This document shows positions 47,359-56,786 of a stretch of 64,000 bases of DNA, piece after piece. The position numbers were made by a program, and so were the translations under genes. Source of the DNA: a virus; the IMG/VR virus record IMGVR_UViG_3300050821_010655, positions 12,697 through 76,696 of that record. One strand, 5' to 3'. Numbering within the stretch: position 1 is the stretch's first letter; every line of letters begins with the position of its first letter. The notes beneath the pieces are model-generated. The model was given only the letters and a program-made list of their open reading frames with translations. It ran no database searches and was not told the origin of the DNA.

Positions 47359-47530
47359 TGATTAAAGCTTCCAAAAATCCTTCAAGCCAGCAATTCCGGT
47401 AGTTTCGGATGCTATCTTCGTTTGGTGCTGGTTGGCGGGCATCTTCCAGTGATTTCAACCACGCTGATTTGTGCGCTTCCCAATTGTCCAGTGCTCTAAG
47501 AAAGTGTACAAAGTCATATCCGGTTCGCAT
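47339..47530 (-). CDS. hypothetical protein
   Basis: Small ORF overlapping the portal start. Confidence 0.4.
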   Translation of the reverse strand: MRTGYDFVHFLRALDNWEAHKSAWLKSLEDARQPAPNEDSIRNYRNCWLEGFLEALINANENK

Positions 47531-47628
47531 TTCACTACCATTAGAAACCCCACAACTCACAAATAGTCAAGACAGAAAATTAAAACCCACACTTGTCAAG
47601 ACATAGAATGGAGTGCAATACTCCCACC

Positions 47629-47994
47629 ATGTTCTTACTTTTAAATCAAAATCAATGCCCTCAATGCGGCAAAATCGGATCGATTCGCTGGGATCAACAC
47701 AGGTGCGCCGAATGCAACGCCAAGCTATTCCACCCATCCGATGATTTCGTCAGGTTAAAGCAGGATTGGGTGTTGTCTTTTTGGGTTTATTTCCATCCTA
47801 ACTCCTCTGGATTTTTCAGGGGATGGGCACACTCAGGACAATTAAACGATCCAAAACCACACGAAGAATTCCCCAAGAACGAAAAACCTCCCGAGAGCTA
47901 CGGCAGGACCGGCATGCGAACCAAGCTGGACCACTCGGCCAGGCACACACCATCGGAGTTGGGCGCAGAGAAGTTCAAGACAGTTCAACCTTAG
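47629..47994 (+). CDS. Zn-ribbon hypothetical protein
   Basis: CPQC...CAEC; preceded by TTGTCA-N18-AATACT-N6-ATG. Confidence 0.55.
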   Translation: MFLLLNQNQCPQCGKIGSIRWDQHRCAECNAKLFHPSDDFVRLKQDWVLSFWVYFHPNSSGFFRGWAHSGQLNDPKPHEEFPKNEKPPESYGRTGMRTKLDHSARHTPSELGAEKFKTVQP

Positions 47995-48535
47995 TTTTAA
48001 AAATCTTGTAACTCGCCAGCCGGTCACCCTCAAAAATCTCGACCGAAAATCCATAATGGGCACAAAAGTGATCGACCGCCTGCACCACTCCGGGATACTG
48101 CTGGTCGTAATCGTGCCCGCAAATAAACCCACCATCTTTGACCGCCACTAAAGCCGCCGCCAATTCTCCAATCGTCTGTTCAAATTGATGAGTTGTGTCG
48201 ATGTAAACCCAACTCAAACTCCCTGCCTCTCTCATGGTCAACCACGCGACACTCTCTGCCTGCACCACCTCCACTACATACTCAAAAGCAAACCGCCTCT
48301 CCACCTCCTCCTTCATCGCTACCATGTCATACCTGCTCATGTGCTCGCCATTTTCATCACCTGACATCACGCTCCCTCTAAATAAATCCACCAGATAAAG
48401 TTTTTCAGGATTGCACCGCTTTAGAATCTCAGCCGAGAAATCACCCGCCAAGACACCCGCCTCACAACACGTTCCACCCTTTGGAAGTGAATCAAGCAAC
48501 TGTAGTCGGTTCTGTTGGGTTTTTGTGATGGTCAT
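47975..48535 (-). CDS. class I SAM methyltransferase (Methyltransf_24-like)
   Basis: EAGV..GDFS, LVD, WVYIDTTH.FE, VKDGGFICGHDY...PGV.QAV. Confidence 0.85.
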   Translation of the reverse strand: MTITKTQQNRLQLLDSLPKGGTCCEAGVLAGDFSAEILKRCNPEKLYLVDLFRGSVMSGDENGEHMSRYDMVAMKEEVERRFAFEYVVEVVQAESVAWLTMREAGSLSWVYIDTTHQFEQTIGELAAALVAVKDGGFICGHDYDQQYPGVVQAVDHFCAHYGFSVEIFEGDRLASYKIFKTKVELS

Positions 48536-49157
48536 ATAATCCAAATCGTTCCTGCACCTCGCGCACACCAATGGCATTGCCTATCGAGCACGCATGGTAA
48601 TTCACGATATTTAAATCTTTTGCCTGTTGGGGCGTCATCGTACCGCCGTGAGCAAGATAGTTAAATCGCCTTGGCAATCGGCAGACCTCCACGCCGGTTT
48701 CCAACAGCGCAAGATTCAACGCCCCCTGCTCCAGCCACCGCCCGCACTTTGGATGGCACTTCCACACGGCGTCCCACACTGGTTTGTGTTCGCGACCAAA
48801 TATAGTCAGTCCGCCATTCACGTAAAAGTCAGGAAATGGGATTTCAAGATTGACGCATTCATGAAGAACATTATTTGAGCGATCATCGGGAACCGCCATG
48901 AATGGGCGATGCAGTTCTTCAAACAACGCCTCGGGTTGCCACGGTTGGAGGCAGATAATGTCGCTGTCGAAAACCAGAAATGAGTCAATCTCGGGGAAGT
49001 GATCGATCAACTTTGCTTTGATCCATGAGGGGTGGGGCACTTCGCAAAACACTTCATCTATAATGATGCAATCCAACCCCGTCATTTCCCCCATACGGTC
49101 GGCGGCGGCTTTGCCTATCCACTTATACTCACCCGTTGAAATACAGATACCAGTCAT
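48492..49157 (-). CDS. GT-A glycosyltransferase (GT8-like)
   Basis: W.K.......FDSDI, AVPD, YVNGG, EQGALN, LPRRFN. Confidence 0.75.
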   Translation of the reverse strand: MTGICISTGEYKWIGKAAADRMGEMTGLDCIIIDEVFCEVPHPSWIKAKLIDHFPEIDSFLVFDSDIICLQPWQPEALFEELHRPFMAVPDDRSNNVLHECVNLEIPFPDFYVNGGLTIFGREHKPVWDAVWKCHPKCGRWLEQGALNLALLETGVEVCRLPRRFNYLAHGGTMTPQQAKDLNIVNYHACSIGNAIGVREVQERFGLYDHHKNPTEPTTVA

Positions 49158-49432
49158 GGTAGGTAGTCGAGCTTGTCCGCCTCGGATGTGATGGTCGCAG
49201 TAACGAAATAACTCAACCCCGATAACGCCATTTCATCTGGTCCATGATCGGGTGGATCATCCCGAACGGCATACTTTGTGGCCTCTCGACGAATCACATC
49301 TGACGCGATGCCCTGCGCTGTCATCAAACCATCTTTTCGGGCGTCGTTTTGAAGGTCAATAACGTCCTTGATTGTTATTTTATCATCAAAGGTAAATCCC
49401 TTTTCTTTAAACCATTCGATTGCGTTTTTCAT
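49154..49432 (-). CDS. hypothetical protein
   Basis: Packed ORF. Confidence 0.45.
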   Translation of the reverse strand: MKNAIEWFKEKGFTFDDKITIKDVIDLQNDARKDGLMTAQGIASDVIRREATKYAVRDDPPDHGPDEMALSGLSYFVTATITSEADKLDYLP

Positions 49433-49436
49433 ACCT

Positions 49437-49697
49437 TCAAACAATTTTAAACCAGACATCGATTTGACCGCACTTGGGGCAGGGCTGGCCTTCAAACTTA
49501 ACTTTATCAAACAATACGCCAGCACCCATTTTCTTGATATGCTCCGGTCGGGCGAGCATTTTCCAACGGTAGTTGCAGTTCAAACAAGCCGCCTGTCCAA
49601 GAATCCAACCCTCATCCTTCATATACTTCAAGACCGACTCTTGGGTATGGCACCCTCCAAACCTTTCTGGCCTTTTGGTCGGGCGATTCACATTCAT
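49437..49697 (-). CDS. Zn-ribbon protein
   Basis: CLNC...CPKCG; TTGACG-N18-GACATT promoter just upstream. Confidence 0.55.
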   Translation of the reverse strand: MNVNRPTKRPERFGGCHTQESVLKYMKDEGWILGQAACLNCNYRWKMLARPEHIKKMGAGVLFDKVKFEGQPCPKCGQIDVWFKIV

Positions 49698-49731
49698 GCT
49701 TACCAAATGTCTCTCAGTTGTGTTTGTGGCG

Positions 49732-50304
49732 TCAACGTAAAACCAAGAGCGTATCGTCGTGGTTGAACTTTTTCAGATCATACCATTTAGAGACATGCTC
49801 CATACTTTCCTTCATCGACTGCGCCAGAGTGTCTTTATAATGGGCGTGCCACTCGACCGAGATTTGGTGGGCGACAGGTCCAGGCCAGTTCTTAAGCACC
49901 GAATATTCAGCCCCCTCTATGTCCAGTTTCACCGCGTCAAATATCTGGACGACATGATTCTCCATCAGCCATTCAATCGTGGTACACCACACCTGCCTTG
50001 AGTTTTCGCTGTCGGGGTCGTGTTCAGCTATGTGGTTGGTAGAGGGGTTGGGTTCGGTGACAAACCGCTGCAACCCACGGGTGCCATAGAGAGCCATGCG
50101 GTAGAACTTTATTTTGGGGTTGGGCGGGTCGCAGATGTCCCGCGACGGGTCAAGCGCAATGACGTTGCAACCGACCGCCGCTATGCGATTGGAAAAGCAG
50201 AACCCCCGGCACCCGGCGTCCAGCACCCAGCCGCCTTCGGTAATCAGGTTGATTTCGATGGAGTGGAAGTGTCCATCGTCGTTGCTGGGAAGTTTCAAAA
50301 TCAT
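49732..50304 (-). CDS. FkbM-family methyltransferase
   Basis: VLDAG, VIALDP, AVKLDIEGAEY.VL, QISVEWH. Confidence 0.8.
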   Translation of the reverse strand: MILKLPSNDDGHFHSIEINLITEGGWVLDAGCRGFCFSNRIAAVGCNVIALDPSRDICDPPNPKIKFYRMALYGTRGLQRFVTEPNPSTNHIAEHDPDSENSRQVWCTTIEWLMENHVVQIFDAVKLDIEGAEYSVLKNWPGPVAHQISVEWHAHYKDTLAQSMKESMEHVSKWYDLKKFNHDDTLLVLR

Positions 50305-51799
50305 CCCGATCCTATTGCCTTGTATCTGCCTGTGGACGGTCCAAAGCCCAATGACTGGTAGCCCCGCACGCCGACCGGCAGGGCGAACCGCCAGTCGCCA
50401 AAGGATTCCTGAAGGCACTCAATACATCCAGAACCACAATCGATCTGGTCATTCTTCTCATCACCACCTTTTGCAATTTCTGCCTCATCTAAAAAAGTTG
50501 AGTTCCATCGCCCCTGAACCAGCAATACATTCCCATGTTCTGCCGCCGCCGAAAATGGCTTCCACCGTAAAAGTTTTTTCCGGCGCGAAGGCAATTCCTT
50601 GAAATCTCTCCCCGGCAAAATATTGCGGGCGTAGTGATCAATCACTATCTTACCCGAGGCACCCGGTTCCTGCTCCATTCTGATGGCTGTCCCTTGGGGA
50701 TCAATCTTTGCTGTTTGGGCGATTCGCTCTTCCACCACCTTGGGAGTCCCACGCAACCTCTGCACATCCAAAATAATCCACTGACCATTTTTGAAAGACA
50801 TGAGCATGCCGCACGTCCAGTCAGGGTTTCCGCCATCTGAATCATCGGTCGCCGCCAAATCCCAATACCTCACAAACTGAGTCAGGTCGGCAGGCGCTTC
50901 TGGAATGATTTTAAACCACTCACGCCGGAATAGTGTTCCTACCGCTTCTGAGATTTTCCAATTTCCACCCAGATACCGCTCGCGATCCACGTACGGCAAA
51001 GCCATTAGGTTGGAAAGATAACCTGGGTCTTGCTGCATCAGGATTTTATTGTCATACACCTTGGCGGGGATAAACGTCACCGACTTGGGGACCACGCCGG
51101 GATGTTTGTTCATTAAGGTGTAGGGGTCGTCCGCCCACTCCATGCGATCTTTCACCCGACAGAACCACCTTAACTTTCCAGCCCGATCCTTAATCGGGTA
51201 TCCTGTATCCTGATCAATCCACCATTCAATGAACCTCGCCACCCATGATTTTGAGTCAGGATTGGTCGTGCATCTGATATAGGGGCGAACTCCGCAGGTC
51301 GAACGATTAGACCCAAGCATGAAGAAAAACATATCTTCCATGAATGAGGCAAGCTCATCAAAACAAATCAATGGTACTCCCGCCCCAAGCCATGCAAATC
51401 GGTCGTCAGGATTCTCCATGTGGCGGAACATCACCGTCGCCCCAAAACTTCCCGGTCGATTTGGATTTGGAAACCGCCAGTTCATAGTGTTCTGACTTCC
51501 AGCCGCGCCGATCAATGGGTAAAGCTTTTGAGATGTGATCCATGGTCCTTCGGGTTGTAGAATTTGGGGGAAGGTGCGGCGAAAAATGACCGCCGTGAAA
51601 TTTGGGTTAGAAATATGACGCAACGGCTCCATCACTAAAGCATAAGTTTTTCCTCCTCCCCTGGAACCTCCGTATATCGCTATGTCCGCCTGCGTGGACG
51701 GCGCTACAGGAAGTCAGATTGCGGTCCAGGTTGAGCCTGAAACATAGACTGACTTCCTTGTGATACACCTCCCTTCGGCTTCGCAGTTGCGACATTCAT
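50301..51799 (-). CDS. terL: terminase large subunit, interrupted near the N-terminus (51799-51704 and 51698-50301)
   Basis: Frame 1 MNVATAK...FQAQPGPQSDFL*; frame 2 STQADIAIYGGSRGGGKTYAL...CFDEL...TTNP...RYWDLAA...EQEPGASGK...NDQID. Confidence 0.9.
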
Positions 51800-51807
51800 T
51801 TATATCC

Positions 51808-51837
51808 ACCCTGCCCCACTGCCTCGCCTCGCGTCAA
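51808..51837 (-). promoter_or_regulatory. promoter TTGACG-N18-CAGGGT for terL
   Basis: 8 nt upstream of ATG 51799; same 18-bp spacing as the other promoters. Confidence 0.5.
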
Positions 51838-51844
51838 GGTAAAC

Positions 51845-52036
51845 TCACTTGCTGGGCTTTACGTGCTTGGGCAATCCGATGTATGGGGTGCGGGCGAAAT
51901 GCTCAAGAGTTTGGCTGGGCATTTTCGCCATCGACTTGGCTGCGGGTCCGAGTTTGCTGGCGGGGATCTCTCCCTTTTGAACAGCCCTAGCAATACCCGA
52001 TGCTTGCTGCTGACTTGTGCTGACACTCGGAGGCAT
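51845..52036 (-). CDS. DUF3008-like small protein
   Basis: S.SQQQA.G.A.A..KGE.....L...AKSM..M....LE.FA.T...GLP.H. Confidence 0.7.
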   Translation of the reverse strand: MPPSVSTSQQQASGIARAVQKGEIPASKLGPAAKSMAKMPSQTLEHFARTPYIGLPKHVKPSK

Positions 52037-52038
52037 TT

Positions 52039-52218
52039 TTAACCTTTCCCTTTTACGTTTTGAGTTTCACTAAACGGACAATAGCACGATCCCCAGTGAA
52101 TTCCACCACAATGCGGACACTCCTTACCCTGCTCGCATTTGATGGGTTTTGGATGATGGTTCGCCCCACAATACTGGCAAGGCTCATCTGGATTGGGTTG
52201 AATCATCTTCTGTTTCAT
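52039..52218 (-). CDS. 59-aa Zn-knuckle protein
   Basis: Manual translation MKQKMIQPNPDEPCQYCGANHH...CPHCGGIHWGSCYCP; ATGA overlap. Confidence 0.5.
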   Translation of the reverse strand: MKQKMIQPNPDEPCQYCGANHHPKPIKCEQGKECPHCGGIHWGSCYCPFSETQNVKGKG

Positions 52219-52454
52219 AACCGCACATTCCTCCCCTGTTCCAGATCATAATCCACCCGCCACACGTCGCCGTCGTCCACCAGAACAAAATGACGTATAC
52301 CTTCTGGGGTTTTTACAAACAACCTACCTGTGCTTTTTGCCCTGAATCTCAACCGTTGTTTTCCAAATGGGGCGTCGAAGATGGGTTTGATTTCTTTGGG
52401 GATTCCAAAAATCACTCTCTTGCCGGTCCAAACAGTTTTGATAGTAGTGCTCAC
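52215..52454 (-). CDS. hypothetical protein
   Basis: Packed ORF. Confidence 0.5.
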   Translation of the reverse strand: MSTTIKTVWTGKRVIFGIPKEIKPIFDAPFGKQRLRFRAKSTGRLFVKTPEGIRHFVLVDDGDVWRVDYDLEQGRNVRL

Positions 52455-53242
52455 AATCCAAGTTGAGTTTTAACCACCGTCACCGCCAGTTCGGCAATCC
52501 GGTCGGTGTCTGGAAATTCCGGCAGGGTCGATTTATCCTGCGCCTCTTTTGCCGCCACAAACAGGCGGTCGCTCTCCTGCTTCACTTCTGCCAACGTCCA
52601 TTCACCCCGCTTGATTTCCAACAACTCTTTGGCATCCGGTCGCACCACCGTCATTTCCCCGGTATTTAAAAACTCCACACACATCCGCAGCAGGCGTATC
52701 AGGTGCGCTCCGTTTTTGGTGTCATACCCAAATTTACCAATCAACTTCTTGCGCTTCTCGCCCATGTAGCCCATGCACGCGCCGTGCTCCATCCGATGGA
52801 GTTGCCCGTTGGCGTATCCCGCAAACGACTTGAACACATGCTTGCCGACAAAAATCGACCGAGCGTCCAGTAGCAACCTACCAGCGTATGTGATTTTCAA
52901 AAACATGCTTTTGTCCAACCAGAGTATGGAGAGCACGTTGGGGTTTCCCATTTGCAGCAGGTGAATAAACTTTCTCGCTTCGTAAATCACCACGTCCCAC
53001 TCGTCCTCTTTAATCTCTTTGGTGCCGCGAGAGCCGTACTCTTTCAGTCCAAGATAATATTGCTCGGGTGGAACACAGACACCCATCAGGTCTTTATCAT
53101 CAATACTGTTTGGGTCGGTGTTTGGCACATACATGCCGTGGCTGATACTGCCTCTGTAAACCATTAGGATCGACCACTCATGCGCCCCACTATCTCCAAG
53201 GTTGGGTATTTCCGAAATCTCAGGATTAATAAATGTGCTCAA
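52451..53242 (-). CDS. Pol-beta superfamily nucleotidyltransferase (YcgL/RlaP-like)
   Basis: RGSISHG......DDKDLMGV, KF..LL..GNPNVL..L, GYDTK..AHLIRLL.M, LL.IKRGE. Confidence 0.8.
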   Translation of the reverse strand: MSTFINPEISEIPNLGDSGAHEWSILMVYRGSISHGMYVPNTDPNSIDDKDLMGVCVPPEQYYLGLKEYGSRGTKEIKEDEWDVVIYEARKFIHLLQMGNPNVLSILWLDKSMFLKITYAGRLLLDARSIFVGKHVFKSFAGYANGQLHRMEHGACMGYMGEKRKKLIGKFGYDTKNGAHLIRLLRMCVEFLNTGEMTVVRPDAKELLEIKRGEWTLAEVKQESDRLFVAAKEAQDKSTLPEFPDTDRIAELAVTVVKTQLGL

Positions 53243-53745
53243 ACCACCCTCCTTTCCGCCGCCGCACCGGCCAGCCGGTCGCACCGCTCGTTGTGCTGGT
53301 CGCCCGCGTGCCCTCTAAGCCATGTGAACTTGCAGTGGCGTTTGTCCTTCAACGCTACCAGTTCTTGCCACAGGTCGGCGTTCTTGACGTTCTTCCACTT
53401 GCGTTTTGCCCATGCCGAGGTCCAGCAGTTTGCGCCGTTGACCACATAGCGGGAGTCGCTGAGGATTTCGATGTGGGTGTTTTCGGGGACCGCTTGCAAG
53501 GCTCGGATGACGGCGATGAGTTCGGCGCGGTTCGAGGTCGTCTCAGGCAGGTGGTCGCTAATCAGACAACTGGGGTTGACCGCCTTGCCGTCGCAAAAGA
53601 GCAAGAAAGACCAACCACCCGGACCACCAGGATTTTTCAAGCATGAACCATCCGTATAAGCTACCCACTGCTTGCCGTTGATTTTTGTGGGGTGAGGTTT
53701 TTCCAGTACAAACCCGAATTCAGATTGCGGGGCGATGTGTTTCAT
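53239..53745 (-). CDS. rnhA: ribonuclease HI
   Basis: YTDGSC..NPGGPGGW, TT.NRAEL.A.I.AL, SDSRYV, VKNADLW, W.RGHAG..NE.CD.LA. Confidence 0.95.
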   Translation of the reverse strand: MKHIAPQSEFGFVLEKPHPTKINGKQWVAYTDGSCLKNPGGPGGWSFLLFCDGKAVNPSCLISDHLPETTSNRAELIAVIRALQAVPENTHIEILSDSRYVVNGANCWTSAWAKRKWKNVKNADLWQELVALKDKRHCKFTWLRGHAGDQHNERCDRLAGAAAERRVV

Positions 53746-53993
53746 TCCTTTTTGGGATTCGTCGCGTCCATCATAACCTTAAACTTGGCGTAAGAATCCC
53801 TGCTCTGCGCCCGACCACCCTCAACCTTGTCGATAAAATCCTGAATTGTAGCACGAAGCATTATGATGTGTTGTTGAAGTTTTTGATTCTCAACCAAATT
53901 GGTGCTCGTGACTGCCGTTCGTTGCTTCATTTGATACTCCACAAATCGTAATGTATTCTTTACCGATTCGGAAACTTTTGTGCCGTTAAACAT
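53742..53993 (-). CDS. hypothetical protein
   Basis: Packed ORF. Confidence 0.5.
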   Translation of the reverse strand: MFNGTKVSESVKNTLRFVEYQMKQRTAVTSTNLVENQKLQQHIIMLRATIQDFIDKVEGGRAQSRDSYAKFKVMMDATNPKKE

Positions 53994-53996
53994 ATT

Positions 53997-55142
53997 TTAA
54001 ACCGCCAACTCCGGTTGATCTATTTCTTCTCGCATGATTTCATAGCCCAGTTTTTTATACAGGGCTTGGCGAGCCATCGCGTGTTTTCGCATCATGGCGA
54101 ACCCAAAATCTTCAAAATCATAAATCGTTCCTTGATTTTTCTCCTGCATGATTCGGAGCGCCCGACCCGTCCGTTGCTCCGTCTTGGCATTAGACCGTCC
54201 GCCGCTCACCAAGATTAAAACCCTGATCATCGGAAGGTCTAAGCCTTCATCAGCTAGACTCGTTGAAATCAGGCACTTGATATTCCCCGCCGCGAATCCC
54301 TCCAACGCCTCGCGCCGTTTCTTAACCCCCATCTTGGAGAAGCACAACCGCGCTCCCGGTACCTGTTCGGCCAGCCGGTGTCCGTGCTCAATCTGATTGA
54401 CCAAAATCAAAGTAGGGTCTTGGGCGTGGCGCTTGGCGAGTTCAATCACCGCCTCATTGCGCCGCTGGTTGTTCACAATCCCGTCCTCGACGCAGACGCC
54501 CCACGCAATCCGCGCCCACAACTCGCCGTCGGATATACCGCTCTTAATCTTGGCGTGCCATGCCTTGCGGCGTTGAAAGAGTGAGTCGATCTTGCCCTGC
54601 ATCCAACCCATGTCGGGTTCGTTGGCGTCCACCAGCACCACCTTGGCTTTGGCTATCGCGTGGGCGCAGTCCTCGCGGCTGACGGTAAAGACCTGGCGGT
54701 TAAAAAAGTTGAGCAACCATTGGTAACGCTCGGGGTCGCCCAGATCGGGCGTGGCGGTAAAGCCCCAGATGGCCCCTTTGCAGGTTTGGGCTTGGGTGAG
54801 CCATATCCCTTGCGGAGACAGGTGTTGGACCTCATCTATAATCAACACCTCACAATCACTCCAGTTCTCCTCTGCCGCCGCGCAGGCTGCTTTTATTTTT
54901 AGTTGGGCAAGTTCTGGAAAACAGGCGACTGCTTTTTCGTGCTGGCTGACCTGCTCAAGGGTATTCGCCTGCCAGCCGACGTGATCGCCCTCCACTAAAT
55001 ATCCATCGGCCAGTGATTGCGCCAACGCCGCTGCCGCCATCACGGTCTTGCCGCTGCCCGCGCTGGACACCACCAACCCCCGGCGCTTGGGAGCCAGCCA
55101 GAGGGCGGCACGGGATTGGTAGGGGTGAAGTTGAATAGGCAT
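53997..55142 (-). CDS. superfamily 2 helicase
   Basis: L.PYQ, GSGKT, IIDEVQH, FTATP, EGLDLP, QRTGRALR. Confidence 0.92.
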   Translation of the reverse strand: MPIQLHPYQSRAALWLAPKRRGLVVSSAGSGKTVMAAAALAQSLADGYLVEGDHVGWQANTLEQVSQHEKAVACFPELAQLKIKAACAAAEENWSDCEVLIIDEVQHLSPQGIWLTQAQTCKGAIWGFTATPDLGDPERYQWLLNFFNRQVFTVSREDCAHAIAKAKVVLVDANEPDMGWMQGKIDSLFQRRKAWHAKIKSGISDGELWARIAWGVCVEDGIVNNQRRNEAVIELAKRHAQDPTLILVNQIEHGHRLAEQVPGARLCFSKMGVKKRREALEGFAAGNIKCLISTSLADEGLDLPMIRVLILVSGGRSNAKTEQRTGRALRIMQEKNQGTIYDFEDFGFAMMRKHAMARQALYKKLGYEIMREEIDQPELAV

Positions 55143-55143
55143 A

Positions 55144-55950
55144 TTATTCTACAGCGCACCCGCAACCACCCCACTCAAATTCATCAAACTCTTTCTGCTG
55201 ATCAAGTCGCTCCCTGAAGTCTTTCATGGTTAGGGTTTTTGTGGTGCCTCCTTTTCGGTCTTTCATTATTGATACATCGCTGCCAATAAATTTCCTAAAT
55301 TCCTGCTCCTTTTCTTCGTGATACAAATACCTGTCTCGGTTAGTCCGAAGCAACAGGGCAAACTGTGCCTGACCACCTTTAACACAAAACCCACCACAGT
55401 TAGCATGTGGATAACCCGCCGAATACAATCTTGGCGGACAAATCCCTTCATCGTGGAGTTTTTGAATAATTTGCAATTTATTCAGGTATGGGGGGGCACA
55501 CATTAAGGACTCCACCTTGAATGGTGCCCTCATCGCACGCAAAGACTCAAGCCTGTGAGATTCGTCCCAATTAATTCCAAAATGAAGTGTGGTGGTTTCT
55601 GGATCGCAGTTTTCTTCCTGCCACTTGTCGAGTATTTCCCTCTTCAATTCCACACTACAAATCGGCACTCTTGAGTTTCCCATCATGCCCTTTTTGAAGA
55701 AATGCTGCCACACTGAGACGCCTTTTGTGATTTTTACTAGTGGCGCTCCGACATTCTTAGCCGCCTGATCCAAAAACCTATAATTATCCAAATCCTCACC
55801 GTCATTGGGGTTCGTGCTGTGACCTTTTACATCGGCAAACAAAAGACACATTCCATCTATTCCATACTTCGCCGCCGTACGCTTCGCCTCTAACCACGAG
55901 CATGCCCCGCTTGAAAACATACAGAGATGTTTTATTATTTTAGGAATCAC
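55144..55950 (-). CDS. PAPS-reductase-like (PP-loop/AANH fold) protein
   Basis: FSSGACS, E..DNYRFL, CS.ELK, GI.WDE.HR, Y..GY.HANCGGFCVKGG, C-terminal GCGC. Confidence 0.75.
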   Translation of the reverse strand: MIPKIIKHLCMFSSGACSWLEAKRTAAKYGIDGMCLLFADVKGHSTNPNDGEDLDNYRFLDQAAKNVGAPLVKITKGVSVWQHFFKKGMMGNSRVPICSVELKREILDKWQEENCDPETTTLHFGINWDESHRLESLRAMRAPFKVESLMCAPPYLNKLQIIQKLHDEGICPPRLYSAGYPHANCGGFCVKGGQAQFALLLRTNRDRYLYHEEKEQEFRKFIGSDVSIMKDRKGGTTKTLTMKDFRERLDQQKEFDEFEWGGCGCAVE

Positions 55951-56384
55951 TCGCTCTTGCGGTACAATTGATCAACCAGTCCGCCGCCATCCTCCGCCCG
56001 GCCATAGAACGCCCCGCCCTCCTGATAAGCTCTGGACTCTGCTTTAAGTTTGGGGTGGCGCTTGATCTGCGCCATCGCCTCGGCGTTGCGGCGGGCCAAC
56101 TGGTCGTCGGTTGGTTGGTAAATGGGTGAGGTTTGCTTTTTAATCATATCTTCGTAATGTGTCGTCCATTCTCTGTGTGTCATGCTGGACCAATAACAGA
56201 ATAAAAGTTCCCGTATCGGCACCCATTTGTAACCCACCACGTCATAAATCTGAATATCGACCAGTGAGGTTGTTCGTGCGATTTTCCACCCCGGCACCAC
56301 CAGTTTTGGCAGGAACAGGGCGGCACACAGGCCGCTGGCGAGGCGGGTGACAAACAGGCGGCGGTCGATTTGGATTTCAGCCAT
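55947..56384 (-). CDS. hypothetical protein with Tat-like N-terminus
   Basis: IDRRLFV..LA.GL.AALFLP. Confidence 0.5.
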   Translation of the reverse strand: MAEIQIDRRLFVTRLASGLCAALFLPKLVVPGWKIARTTSLVDIQIYDVVGYKWVPIRELLFCYWSSMTHREWTTHYEDMIKKQTSPIYQPTDDQLARRNAEAMAQIKRHPKLKAESRAYQEGGAFYGRAEDGGGLVDQLYRKSE

Positions 56385-56389
56385 GTGAG

Positions 56390-56554
56390 TTACGGGTGTT
56401 TAGCCCCGCAAATAGGGCAACATTTCCAACCATCGGCCCAACAATCATCCCCATCCCTATCCCCAACCTCAAAAACATACCGTCTTTCATTCAGAGATCG
56501 AATAATGGCATACTTGATATGCTGACACCACTTTTTCTTGCGCTTGGATTTCAT
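56390..56554 (-). CDS. 54-aa Zn-ribbon protein
   Basis: Manual translation MKSKRKKKWCQHI...WKCCPICGAKHP*; ATGA overlap. Confidence 0.5.
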   Translation of the reverse strand: MKSKRKKKWCQHIKYAIIRSLNERRYVFEVGDRDGDDCWADGWKCCPICGAKHP

Positions 56555-56742
56555 TCAATCACCAGAAACTTTTCCAACCGCTCGACGCGCTGACGCAATT
56601 GATCGATCTGGTCAGTTAGTGGAGGTGGGTCTTTATGTGCGGCGGCAGCGCAACTGCCGCACATGCCATCAACGCCACCGGGAGGCTTGGACCGACCGCA
56701 AACCGGGCAGGGCACATATTCAGTGGTTTCAATCTCAACCAT
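56551..56742 (-). CDS. small Zn-finger protein
   Basis: CPVC...CGSC; directly downstream of a promoter. Confidence 0.55.
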   Translation of the reverse strand: MVEIETTEYVPCPVCGRSKPPGGVDGMCGSCAAAAHKDPPPLTDQIDQLRQRVERLEKFLVIE

Positions 56743-56751
56743 GTTGGTCAC

Positions 56752-56785
56752 AAGGTAGCGCGGGGGTGGGTGGGGTGTCAATACA
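56752..56785 (-). promoter_or_regulatory. promoter TGTATTGACA-N18-TACCTT
   Basis: Member of the repeated motif family. Confidence 0.65.
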
Positions 56786-56786
56786 G

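Noticed and set aside
51704-51706. Amber reassignment (alternative genetic code)
   Set aside because: Read-through of this TAG would not restore the terL frame, and other genes end normally at TAG.
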